From: Bacteroidales bacterium
GTDB lineage: Bacteria > Bacteroidota > Bacteroidia > Bacteroidales > CAIWKO01
Assembly: GCA_035389045.1 (NCBI GenBank)
Contig: DAOORA010000031.1
Location: forward strand, 1 to 47,807
Direction of reading: 5' to 3'
DNA length: 47,807 nucleotides
The notes under the pieces were generated by a model. The model was not told where the DNA came from, made no database searches, and saw only the letters and a program-made list of their open reading frames with translations. Both the position numbers and the translations under genes were made by a program. This document shows, piece after piece, positions 28,558 to 37,810 of this stretch; position 1 is the stretch's first letter, and each line of letters begins with the position of its first letter.

Positions 28558-29778
28558 TTACTCAAAGTCGGTATAAAGCAAATATTTTTTACGGATATTT
28601 TTGAACTTTTCCAGGCCGGGCTGCCAGCTTTTGCGGATATCATCCTCCGTGGCGCCGCTGATGATCTGTTGTTTCAGGCTTGCTGTTCCGGCCAGCAGGT
28701 TAAAACTATTGTTGAAAAATTCTGTTTTATCTTTCAGTTGTTTGTATAGTTCCAACAAAGGGAACAGATATAGTTTACCATACCCTTTAATGTAATTTTT
28801 GGCGTAGTTGTGAAAATCATATCCCTGGCAAATCAAACCTTCGTGCATGGGGTTTTGAGCCATTCCGGGAATGCTTTGCGGAGTGAATGAGAATCCGGTG
28901 CTGTCGAGCAGTGGATTGCCTATTATTTCAAAAGGACGGTCGGTACCGCGCCCGACGCTGATGCATGTTCCTTCAAAAAGGCAGAATGTGGGATACATAT
29001 ACACAGCTTCCATGGAGGGTAGGTTGGGCGAAGGCTTTATGGGGAGCTGATAGAAATGATTATGGTCATAATTTGTCACCGTAACGTATTTCAGCTGGCA
29101 CGGAATGCCGTTATTCAGCCATTTTTCGCCGTTGATCATGCAGGCATACTCTGCGATGGTCATGCCATGAACTATGGGAACCGGATGCATACCAATAAAA
29201 GATGTAAATTCTTTTTCCAGTACAGGTCCGTCTACATAATATCCGTTGGGATTGGGACGGTCGAGCACAAGGCACAGCTTGTTGTTTTCAGCGCAGGCTT
29301 CCATCACATAATGCATTGTAGAAATATAGGTATAGAAACGCGCACCGACATCCTGTATGTCAAAAATAACTACGTCAATACCGTTGAGGTCTTCAGTTTT
29401 GGGCTTTTTGTTTTTTCCGTATAATGAAATCACCGGTAATTTTGTTTTCACATCCACCGTGTTGCCAATTTTTTCACCGGCTTCTGCTTCACCGCGGAAT
29501 CCATGTTCGGGGCAGAATACTTTTTTCACATCAAAACCTGCACTGACCAGTGAATCGACCAGGTGGGTATTTTTTATCATAGAAGTATGGTTGGCGACCA
29601 CGGCAATTTTTTTGCTTTTGATCCAGGGGAAATAAATATCCGTGCGTTCAGCGCCTACCTTAACATCATTGACTGTCATATCTTTTTCTATGATTTCGGT
29701 GATAAAATGCTGTCCCTGGCATTGAAGTGTAGTTAAGACGAATAAAAATACAGCAATAGGCAAGGCGGCATACCTCAT
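28558..29778 (-). CDS. Exo-beta-N-acetylmuramidase NamZ family (DUF1343)
   Basis: PEHGFRG, SLYG, FDIQDVGARFYTY, LDRPNP, HGMT, PSPNLP and SVGRGT motifs. Confidence 0.92.
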   Translation of the reverse strand: MRYAALPIAVFLFVLTTLQCQGQHFITEIIEKDMTVNDVKVGAERTDIYFPWIKSKKIAVVANHTSMIKNTHLVDSLVSAGFDVKKVFCPEHGFRGEAEAGEKIGNTVDVKTKLPVISLYGKNKKPKTEDLNGIDVVIFDIQDVGARFYTYISTMHYVMEACAENNKLCLVLDRPNPNGYYVDGPVLEKEFTSFIGMHPVPIVHGMTIAEYACMINGEKWLNNGIPCQLKYVTVTNYDHNHFYQLPIKPSPNLPSMEAVYMYPTFCLFEGTCISVGRGTDRPFEIIGNPLLDSTGFSFTPQSIPGMAQNPMHEGLICQGYDFHNYAKNYIKGYGKLYLFPLLELYKQLKDKTEFFNNSFNLLAGTASLKQQIISGATEDDIRKSWQPGLEKFKNIRKKYLLYTDFE

Positions 29779-29825
29779 ATTATCGGATATTTTAAATACT
29801 TTTGCAAAATAATGAAATTTTCAGT

Positions 29826-31052
29826 TTGAACCCCGAATTTTTTATAGCAAAGCGCATCGTCACCAAAAACAAGGCGAATTTTTCGAGGCCCATTGTTCGT
29901 ATTGCGGTGATCAGCATTGCTCTCGGCGTGGCGGTGATGATCGTGGCGGTTGCTATTGTGACGGGTTTTCAGAAAGAGATACGTAATAAGGTAATCGGTT
30001 TTGGCGGACATATCATTATCTCGAACTATGATGAAAATGTTTCGATGGAATCTTCGCCCATCAGCATGAACCAGCCGTTTTACCCTTCACTCAGGCACGA
30101 GGAAGGTATTGAGCATATACAGGTTTACGCTACCAAGGCAGGGATCATCAAAACCGATGAACAAATTCAGGGCGTGGTGCTTAAAGGTATTGGCAGCGAT
30201 TATGACTGGAGTTTTTTTAAGGACAAGATCATCAAAGGAAAATCCTTCACGGTGAGCGATACCGGCAAGACCAATGATATTCTGATTTCGGAATATGTTG
30301 CCTCTCAGTTAAAACTCGATACCGGACAGAGCCTGCTGATGTATTTTATCAATCAGGAACAAACAGCGCCCGGAATACGTAAATTCCGCATCTCCGGGAT
30401 TTATAATACCGGGCTCGAAGAGTTTGATAAGATCTATGTTTTGGGCGATATTCATCATATTCAGCGGCTCAACAACTGGGATTCGACCCTTGTCGGTGGT
30501 TTTGAGGTGATGATAACGGATTTCAAAGACCTTGATAAGATAACTGAATCTGTTTATAACAGGATAGATTACAACCTGAACTGCACCAATGTGAAGCAGC
30601 AATACCCCCAGATTTTCGACTGGCTCGATTTCCAGGATGTAAATGTTACGATCATCATTGTGATGATGGTGATCGTGGCTGCTATTAATATGATATCTGC
30701 CTTACTCATACTGATTATTGAGAAAACCACCCTGATCGGGATATTGAAAGCTCTTGGCATGAAGAACTGGAGTATACGGAAGATATTCCTGTATAATGCG
30801 TCTTACCTGGTAATCCGTGGGCTTCTTTGGGGAAATATCTTTGCGCTGGTACTTTGCAATGTTCAGATGTTTTTCGGCGTCATCAAACTCGATCCTGCGT
30901 CATATTATGTAAACCAGGTGCCGGTAAACCTTGATATTTGGTATATTATGCTGATCAACCTGGGAACCATAGCGGTTTGTATCCTGGTGCTGATCATTCC
31001 GACCTATGTGGTAACTCGCATCAGTCCTGTGAGGGCGATAAGGTTTAATTGA
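29826..31052 (+). CDS. LolC/E-like (FtsX family) ABC transporter permease
   Basis: FIAKR start, TM1, large periplasmic domain, IGILKALG and YYVNQVP motifs. TTG 29826 chosen because a TACTTTTG promoter box lies at 29797-29804. Confidence 0.88.
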   Translation: MNPEFFIAKRIVTKNKANFSRPIVRIAVISIALGVAVMIVAVAIVTGFQKEIRNKVIGFGGHIIISNYDENVSMESSPISMNQPFYPSLRHEEGIEHIQVYATKAGIIKTDEQIQGVVLKGIGSDYDWSFFKDKIIKGKSFTVSDTGKTNDILISEYVASQLKLDTGQSLLMYFINQEQTAPGIRKFRISGIYNTGLEEFDKIYVLGDIHHIQRLNNWDSTLVGGFEVMITDFKDLDKITESVYNRIDYNLNCTNVKQQYPQIFDWLDFQDVNVTIIIVMMVIVAAINMISALLILIIEKTTLIGILKALGMKNWSIRKIFLYNASYLVIRGLLWGNIFALVLCNVQMFFGVIKLDPASYYVNQVPVNLDIWYIMLINLGTIAVCILVLIIPTYVVTRISPVRAIRFN

Positions 31053-31156
31053 TTTTATATGATTTTGTTTATAAACTGATATTCAACTTGAAAAAAAATC
31101 TTAAGCATATATTCAATAGTTTTGAAAAATTATTATGTTTGTATTTATTATCATGA

Positions 31157-31203
31157 TCCGCCACGGCGGACTGAATTCTGCACTCTGACTTCTGCAATCT
31201 GAA
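31157..31203 (+). repeat. GC hairpin TCCGCC-AC-GGCGGA plus five degenerate 7-mers (nnCTGnn)
   Basis: GACTGAA TTCTGCA CTCTGAC TTCTGCA ATCTGAA at 31169-31203, with CTG at period 7. Confidence 0.7.
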
Positions 31204-31208
31204 ATATT

Positions 31209-31547
31209 ATGCCTTTCAAAGAAAAACCCACTGAAAAAATATATTACACCATTGGTGAAGTGGCCAAAATGTTTAATGTGAATACCTCGCTGATACGTTT
31301 CTGGGAAAAGGAATTTGATATCATCCAGCCGTTTCGCAACAAAAAAGGAAATCGTTTGTTTACCAAAGCCGATGTGGCGAATTTTCATATCATTTACCAC
31401 CTGGTGAAAGAACGGGGCTTTACCCTGCAGGGCGCCAAAGACAAAATAAAAGATAATAAAGCCGACACCATTAACAATTCAGAAGTGGTGGCGTCACTGA
31501 AAAAGATCAGGGATTTTCTGATTGAACTGAAAGAGGAGTTAGATTGA
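31209..31547 (+). CDS. MerR-family HTH transcriptional regulator
   Basis: YYTIGEVAKMFNVNTSLIRFWEKEF...KGNRLF...GFTLQGA. Confidence 0.92.
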   Translation: MPFKEKPTEKIYYTIGEVAKMFNVNTSLIRFWEKEFDIIQPFRNKKGNRLFTKADVANFHIIYHLVKERGFTLQGAKDKIKDNKADTINNSEVVASLKKIRDFLIELKEELD

Positions 31548-31554
31548 TATAATA

Positions 31555-31596
31555 AAAAAAAGGAGGGCAAATTCATGAATTTGCCCTCCTTTTTTT
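31555..31596. terminator. Bidirectional terminator (42-bp perfect palindrome) between merR and ppdK
   Basis: A7-GGAGGGCAAATTCA|TGAATTTGCCCTCC-T7 between convergent genes. Confidence 0.9.
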
Positions 31597-31611
31597 ATAG
31601 AATATTCGGTA

Positions 31612-34371
31612 TTATTTTTTCTTTGCTGTTTTTTTTGCAGCAGGTTTTTCTGTTTTTCCGAATTTGATGGAGGCCTGTGCTGCTGCTAATCTTGCAATAG
31701 GAACGCGGTAGGGAGAGCAACTTACATAGTTGAGTCCAGTTCGGAAGCAGAATTCAACGGATTTAGGATCTCCGCCCTGTTCGCCGCAGATACCCACTTT
31801 AAGAACGGGGCGTGTAGCGCGGCCTTTCTTTACAGCCATCTCAATCAGCTGGCCGGTACCTTCCTGGTCGATGGTCTGGAACGGGTCGGCTGCTAAGATT
31901 TTCTGATCGGTGTAGTCGTGTATAAAACCATTAATATCATCACGGCTGAAACCAAAGGTCATTTGTGTGAGATCGTTGGTGCCGAACGAGAAGAACTGGG
32001 CTGTTTTTGCCATTCTGTCTGCCAGCAGGCATGCCCGGGGTATTTCAATCATCGTACCATACAGATACTTGATTTCCTTTACTTTATATTTTTTACAAAC
32101 TTCTTCATATACGCTGTCGGCAATTTTTTTGGTGACATCCAGTTCACCCACTTCGCAGGTAACAGGTACCATAATTTCGGGATGCGGATGATACCCTTCA
32201 TTGATCAACTCCTGAGCGGATTCAAAAATGGCGCGGAACTGCATTTCGGATACTTCCGGATAGGTTACACTGAGGCGGACGCCGCGGTGTCCCATCATCG
32301 GGTTGCTTTCATGTAAACCTTCGCCTCGTTTGACGATGTCTTCCACACTTATTTTCAGTTCTTTGGCCAGTTCAGCCTGCTTGTCGGGTGTCTGAGGAAC
32401 AAATTCGTGCAAAGGCGGGTCGAGGAGGCGGAAGGTGACCGGCAGTTTGTCCATAGCCAGCAGTGTGGCTTTTATGTCTTTTTTTACAAAAGGATACAAC
32501 TGGTTGAGGGCTTTTACGCGTTCTTCCTTAGTATTGCTTAAGATCATTTTGCGGAGTGCAAGTAAGGGTTTTTCGGAACCTGCGCCATAGAACATATGTT
32601 CAGTGCGGAACAGTCCGATACCTTCGGCGCCAAAATCGCGGGCGGTTTTTGCATCGGCAGGGTTGTCGGCATTGGTACGGACGCCCATTGTCCGGAATGA
32701 GTCAACCATTTTCATGAAATGTTTGAAAAGAGGATTTTCAGAGGCATCCATCAGTTTCAGGGATTTCTGATACACATGGCCTTTGGTTCCGTTGAGTGTA
32801 ACCACATCGCCTTCTTTCAGCACTATGCTGGTGCTTTCCACTTTGGCGGTTTTCGATTTTACGTCCACATGAAGTTTACCTGCGCCTACGATACAGCATT
32901 TTCCCCAACCGCGGGCAACGAGTGCGGCATGTGAAGTCATACCACCGCGGGCAGTGAGGATACCAACGGCTGCACGCATGCCTTCCACGTCTTCAGGATT
33001 GGTTTCTTCGCGGATAAGAATTACTTTTTTGCCTTTTCTTTCCCATGCCACGGCATCTTCAGCCGTGAAGACCAGTTGTCCGACAGCGGCGCCGGGGCCT
33101 GCAGGCAATCCTTTTACAAGGACATCTACTTTCTTTTCTTCGGCAGGGTCGCAGATAGGGTGGAGCAGTTCGTCGAGCTGTGCAGGATCTACGCGTAAAA
33201 CAGCGGTTTTTTCATCGATGAGTTTTTCTTTCAGCATATCCATAGCCATTTTCAGGGCAGCGGTACCGGTACGTTTGCCAACACGGCACTGGAGCATATA
33301 CAGCTTGGTTTCCTGTATGGTAAATTCAATGTCAAGCATGTCCCTGAAGTTCTTTTCCAGTATGTTGCGGATCTTGTCGAGTTCCTTATAGGTTTTCGGC
33401 ATTTGTTCCTGCATGCTGTGCAGGTGTTTGTTCTGTTCGTTTTTGGTGTCGTTGTTCAGGGGGTTTGGTGTGCGGATGCCGGCTACCACGTCTTCGCCCT
33501 GGGCATTGATAAGCCATTCGCCATAGAACAGGTTTTCGCCGGTGGCCGGGTTCCGTGTGAATGCAACACCTGTTGCTGAAGTATCACCCATGTTTCCGAA
33601 TACCATGGCCTGTACGTTTACTGCAGTGCCCCAGTCGTCGGGAATACCTTCGATACGACGATAGGAGACGGCTTTTTTACCGTTCCAGCTTTTGAATACA
33701 GCCCTGATGCCGCCAAACAATTGTTCTTCGGCATTATCGGGAAAATCTTTTCCGAGTTCTTTTTTAACTTTTTTCTTGAATTCAGCGGCCAGAATTTTCA
33801 GGTCATCAGCGGTGAGGTCGGTATCTTGTTTTACTTTCTTAGTTTTTTTATAATCATTGAGCATGTCGTCGAGTTTCTTACGGATATCCTTGTCAAGGCC
33901 TTCGGCTTTATCCATAACAACATCGGCGTACATCATGATCAGTCGCCTGTACGAATCCCATACAAAGCGCGGGTTGTTGGTTTTTTTTATGAGCCCAGGG
34001 ATCGTGGATGTGCAGAGTCCGATGTTCAGAACGGTGTCCATCATTCCCGGCATGGAGGCACGCGCACCGGAACGGCATGATAACAATAAGGGATTGTTTT
34101 TATCTCCATATTTCATGCCCATTTCTGTTTCCACTTTTTTCATTCCAGCCCAGACTTCTGCAGTTAATGATTTAGGTAATTGGCAATTATTGGCATAATA
34201 ATCGGTACAACATTCTGTGGTAATAGAAAACCCTGCCGGAACAGGCAATCCCAGGTTAACCATTTCTGCAAGGTTGGCGCCTTTTCCGCCGAGCAGATTT
34301 TTCATATCAGCTCTGCCTTCAGCTTTTTTTCCGCCAAAATAATAAACATACTTTTTACTTTTTGTTGACAT
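31612..34371 (-). CDS. ppdK: Pyruvate, phosphate dikinase
   Basis: LLGGKGANLAEM, RSGARASMPGMMDT, GGMTSHAA phospho-His, GIGLFRTEHMF and FSFGTNDLTQ motifs. Confidence 0.97.
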   Translation of the reverse strand: MSTKSKKYVYYFGGKKAEGRADMKNLLGGKGANLAEMVNLGLPVPAGFSITTECCTDYYANNCQLPKSLTAEVWAGMKKVETEMGMKYGDKNNPLLLSCRSGARASMPGMMDTVLNIGLCTSTIPGLIKKTNNPRFVWDSYRRLIMMYADVVMDKAEGLDKDIRKKLDDMLNDYKKTKKVKQDTDLTADDLKILAAEFKKKVKKELGKDFPDNAEEQLFGGIRAVFKSWNGKKAVSYRRIEGIPDDWGTAVNVQAMVFGNMGDTSATGVAFTRNPATGENLFYGEWLINAQGEDVVAGIRTPNPLNNDTKNEQNKHLHSMQEQMPKTYKELDKIRNILEKNFRDMLDIEFTIQETKLYMLQCRVGKRTGTAALKMAMDMLKEKLIDEKTAVLRVDPAQLDELLHPICDPAEEKKVDVLVKGLPAGPGAAVGQLVFTAEDAVAWERKGKKVILIREETNPEDVEGMRAAVGILTARGGMTSHAALVARGWGKCCIVGAGKLHVDVKSKTAKVESTSIVLKEGDVVTLNGTKGHVYQKSLKLMDASENPLFKHFMKMVDSFRTMGVRTNADNPADAKTARDFGAEGIGLFRTEHMFYGAGSEKPLLALRKMILSNTKEERVKALNQLYPFVKKDIKATLLAMDKLPVTFRLLDPPLHEFVPQTPDKQAELAKELKISVEDIVKRGEGLHESNPMMGHRGVRLSVTYPEVSEMQFRAIFESAQELINEGYHPHPEIMVPVTCEVGELDVTKKIADSVYEEVCKKYKVKEIKYLYGTMIEIPRACLLADRMAKTAQFFSFGTNDLTQMTFGFSRDDINGFIHDYTDQKILAADPFQTIDQEGTGQLIEMAVKKGRATRPVLKVGICGEQGGDPKSVEFCFRTGLNYVSCSPYRVPIARLAAAQASIKFGKTEKPAAKKTAKKK

Positions 34372-34427
34372 TGTGTTATTTCCTCCTGTTAATATTATTT
34401 AGATAAAACTATTTTAAAATTCGGGTG

Positions 34428-34435
34428 CAAATGTA
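34428..34435 (-). promoter_or_regulatory. -7 promoter element (TACATTTG) for ppdK
   Basis: TACATTTGCA on the minus strand 56 nt upstream of the ATG. Confidence 0.65.
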
Positions 34436-34469
34436 CAATAAATAATTTTTTGTGCAGAGAATAATGCAT

Positions 34470-34500
34470 AAAAAAAGCCGGGACAACCTGCCCGGCTTTT
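34470..34500 (-). terminator. Intrinsic terminator after the DUF4476 gene
   Basis: AAAAGCCGGG / CCCGGCTTTT stem with a T run on the minus strand. Confidence 0.82.
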
Positions 34501-34518
34501 CTGTTTATGATAACTGTA

Positions 34519-35514
34519 TTATCTTTTGTTGATAAATGCGTTCAATTCATCAATAGAGCTTTCGAACGTGAATGCATCATTCAGCTTGTAATAATTGCCC
34601 TGGTCGAACACCCTGCTGTAAGCGAATTTTGCAAAATCAAGGCGGGTAGCTTCAAAGGTGAACAGTTGCATAATGTCTCTTACCTGTGAACATAACATAC
34701 AGTTTGAACCCAGTACTTGTTTTGCAATGGCCAGTTTGCTGTCCTCAAAATCTTTTGACGTGATAGAACCTTTTACGGATTGAAAATCAGCATCTGACAT
34801 TGGCCAGGGGCAACCCATTGGCCCATTGTAGCCCTGCATGATATAATGCTCATTTGAAGGTCTGTCTGCAGGTTGTGCGTTGACATTGCCTGATGTGGAT
34901 GTGGTGGTGGTGGTGGTGGTCATCGTCGTAGTTGTTGAAGTTACATTGCCGGCCGGGCCTGTGACCCCTGCGTTGACGGATACATTCATATTAATAGCTT
35001 CACCGGTGACAGGATCCACTGCATTGATACTTATTGAACCACCTTCGGCCTGGGTATTGCCTGAAACCACCGTGGTGGTAGTTTGTGTCTGGTGGGTATT
35101 TACTTCGTTAACCTGAGTTGAAGGCCTTTCAACAAGAACCAATGGCGCTGTAAACTGCTGCTCGGTAACGACAGGAGTTTCATCATAACTGGCCAGGCGC
35201 AGTACGTAATTTCCTTTTTTATCTTTTTTAACTTCGTAACTGGTGCTTAGCGAGTTTCCGTCGGCATCTTTGGTAAAGATGGCTTTGTCGATGGGTGGCA
35301 GATTGTTGTTTTCGAAAATTACCTTCAATTTATAATTGGGTTCAGTCAGTCCGGTAATTTTTACATTTGTTTGTGCGGCTTCATTTTGCTTGATGCCATT
35401 GACGATGACCCAGAATTTTTCTCCTTCCTGGCTGAACACCGTAACATTTGATTGCGCGGAGATCTTGCAGACAAAAGCGGCAAGAAACAAACCTAATAAT
35501 AGTAATTTTTTCAT
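34519..35514 (-). CDS. Secreted DUF4476 domain protein
   Basis: Signal peptide, beta-rich N-domain, Thr-rich linker, C-terminal PMSDADF...FEDSKL...FTFEATRLDFAKFAY. Confidence 0.85.
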   Translation of the reverse strand: MKKLLLLGLFLAAFVCKISAQSNVTVFSQEGEKFWVIVNGIKQNEAAQTNVKITGLTEPNYKLKVIFENNNLPPIDKAIFTKDADGNSLSTSYEVKKDKKGNYVLRLASYDETPVVTEQQFTAPLVLVERPSTQVNEVNTHQTQTTTTVVSGNTQAEGGSISINAVDPVTGEAINMNVSVNAGVTGPAGNVTSTTTTMTTTTTTTSTSGNVNAQPADRPSNEHYIMQGYNGPMGCPWPMSDADFQSVKGSITSKDFEDSKLAIAKQVLGSNCMLCSQVRDIMQLFTFEATRLDFAKFAYSRVFDQGNYYKLNDAFTFESSIDELNAFINKR

Positions 35515-35563
35515 GATGGTATTTTTTTGATTAATAATTATTTCATAGGATGGTTGGCAAATA

Positions 35564-35578
35564 ACAACTCATGTGCCA
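35564..35578 (-). promoter_or_regulatory. Candidate sigma54 -24/-12 promoter
   Basis: TGGCACATGAGTTGT (TGGCAC-N5-TTG) about 50 nt upstream of the DUF4476 ATG. Confidence 0.5.
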
Positions 35579-35638
35579 AAAAATATTATTCTGACAAAAT
35601 CGTTGGCAAAATTAAACAAATTAAGTAAAAAAAGGAGG

Positions 35639-36226
35639 TTATTTCAGAATAAAATCCCTGATGAGTTCACGGAAGACAAACAAAGATTTAATATTGTTGT
35701 TCATATTGGCTCTGAGGATGGCTCCTTCCCAGGAATAAATGATCAGTTTGGCAAGTTTTTCCACATCCTGTGAGCGTTCAATTTCTCCCGCTCTTCTTGC
35801 CTGATGCAGGCAATTAATATGAAGTCTTTTGATCTCCTGGAAATAATTGCTGACCATTTTGCTGATATCCTGATTTTTATCTCCAAACTCATGGCGGATA
35901 TTCGATGCGAAATTGCCATATACGGCACCACCCTTGTTGGTATAAATATCAATATAGTCGGAATATAGTTTAATTATTCTCTGCTTGGGCGAGATCATCG
36001 GGTCAACAAGCGTTTTTTCAATTCGTTTGAGAACGATGGTCACGTAATACTCAAGTACTTCGAGTGCGAAATCTTCTTTGTTTTTGAAATAATAATAAAA
36101 TGATCCCTTAGGAATTTTGAGATTATTTACTATTTCGTCGATGCTTGTTGCCTGATAGCCGTTTTTACGCATTAGTTTGTAGCCTTCTCTAATCAGCAGC
36201 CGGCGTTTTATTTTACTTTTTCTCAT
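35639..36226 (-). CDS. TetR/AcrR-family regulator (NemR-like C-terminus)
   Basis: GYQATSIDEIV...IPKGSFYYYFKNKE HTH; C-terminal SWEGAILR. Confidence 0.92.
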   Translation of the reverse strand: MRKSKIKRRLLIREGYKLMRKNGYQATSIDEIVNNLKIPKGSFYYYFKNKEDFALEVLEYYVTIVLKRIEKTLVDPMISPKQRIIKLYSDYIDIYTNKGGAVYGNFASNIRHEFGDKNQDISKMVSNYFQEIKRLHINCLHQARRAGEIERSQDVEKLAKLIIYSWEGAILRANMNNNIKSLFVFRELIRDFILK

Positions 36227-36418
36227 GATAACAATGTTTTAAAACAATTCCAAATTATCTTTAACAAGTATTTAGCATTATTATTGTACTGAAGTCCAAA
36301 ATTAACACAATTTTATTAACTTTAATGATTTTTTATAAATATTTTTACCCATATTATAAACTTAATTTTCGGAATAATTTCATGTAGATTTTTTTTGTAC
36401 GTTTGCAGAAAAAAAGAT

Positions 36419-37723
36419 ATGAGCAAATTCATAGGGATCAGGCATGAAGATAAATACCTCATGGAGAGACGCGCTCCGTTGACTCCCAAACATGTTGAAA
36501 GGTTAATACAGCATTACAAACTTGATTTTGTAGTTCAAACTTCCGACAAACGTGTATTTTTAGACGACGAATATATAAAGGTAGGTGCAAAGATCGGGAA
36601 AGACCTGAAAAAATGTGATATTATTTTAGGTATAAAAGAAATACCTGAGGATTTCTTCGAGAAAAGGAAGACATATGTTTTTTTCTCTCATGTAATTAAA
36701 GGACAGCCTTATAATATGCCCATGCTTCGAAAGATGATGGAGTTGAAATGCAATCTGATTGATTATGAAAAAATAGTTGATGAACAGGGAAAACGGTTGA
36801 TTTTTTTTGGCCGGTTTGCCGGCCTTGCAGGCATGATCAATACCATGTGGGCTCTTGGCATGCGGCTTAAGACCCTGGGGATCGATAACAAACTTACAAA
36901 GGTGAAGCAGGCGCATAAATATAATTCACTGAATGAGGCAAAGGAAATTATTTCAAATATTGGACAGAAAATATCTGAGGATGGTCTCACCGACGGGCTG
37001 AAACCTTTTGTTGTCGGATTTACCGGGTATGGCAATGTGTCGAATGGCGCACAGGAGATACTCGGACTGCTTCCGGTCAAAGAGATATCGGCGGAAAAAC
37101 TTCTGACTTTGAAGAACAGGCATAATCTGCCCAATAACCTTATCTATAAAGTTGTTTTCAGGGAGGAAGATATTTATGAGCATAAAGAAGGTAAGGATTT
37201 TGACCTGCAAGATTTATATGCTTACCCCGGAGATTACAAAAGCAAATTCGAGCAATACATTCCCCATCTGTCGGCGCTGATGAATTGTATGTATTGGGAT
37301 GCCCGTTACCCGCGCATTATTACCAAGGAGTACCTCCGGAAAATCTTTTCAAAAGGGCAGCCAAAATTGACCATCATTGGAGATATCACCTGTGATCCCG
37401 ACGGCTCTATTGAATGTACCCATGATGGTACTCATATCGAGGATCCGATTTTTGTGTATAACCCGATGACGGATACCTATAACATGGGGCATGAAGGTTT
37501 TGGAATCCTGGATATGGCTGTTTCTATCCTGCCCAGTGAACTGCCCCGTGATGCTTCATACTCTTTTGGAGATATGCTGATAAACTTTATAAAACCTATT
37601 GCCAATGCCGATTACGAAATGTCGTTTGAAGATCTTGACCTGCCCAGGGCAATAAAAAAAGGGATGATACTCCATAACGGAGAGTTTACTCCCGAATACA
37701 AATACCTTGAAAACTTCGTGTAA
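36419..37723 (+). CDS. Lysine-ketoglutarate reductase / saccharopine dehydrogenase (lysine-forming)-like enzyme
   Basis: IGIRHEDK..ERRAPLTP, FFSHVIKGQPYNM, LIDYEKI, FGRFAGLAG, GYGNVSNGA and DITCD motifs match the AASS N-terminal (LKR) domain. Start at ATG 36419 after a TACGTTTG box (36398-36405). Confidence 0.82.
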   Translation: MSKFIGIRHEDKYLMERRAPLTPKHVERLIQHYKLDFVVQTSDKRVFLDDEYIKVGAKIGKDLKKCDIILGIKEIPEDFFEKRKTYVFFSHVIKGQPYNMPMLRKMMELKCNLIDYEKIVDEQGKRLIFFGRFAGLAGMINTMWALGMRLKTLGIDNKLTKVKQAHKYNSLNEAKEIISNIGQKISEDGLTDGLKPFVVGFTGYGNVSNGAQEILGLLPVKEISAEKLLTLKNRHNLPNNLIYKVVFREEDIYEHKEGKDFDLQDLYAYPGDYKSKFEQYIPHLSALMNCMYWDARYPRIITKEYLRKIFSKGQPKLTIIGDITCDPDGSIECTHDGTHIEDPIFVYNPMTDTYNMGHEGFGILDMAVSILPSELPRDASYSFGDMLINFIKPIANADYEMSFEDLDLPRAIKKGMILHNGEFTPEYKYLENFV

Positions 37724-37810
37724 TTTCTGACTGAATAATATGGTTTGCCGGCTGGCATATGGACTGAGTAAACCAAGGTGTTGTAACTGTTACTCCGGTC
37801 TTCATTAAGA

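Noticed and set aside
34895..34935. GTG trinucleotide run
   Set aside because: Explained by the poly-Thr linker of the DUF4476 protein.
37724..37810. Weak hairpins and a GACTGA(A/G)TAA direct repeat between convergent genes
   Set aside because: Short, low-stability pairings with no promoter; indistinguishable from chance.
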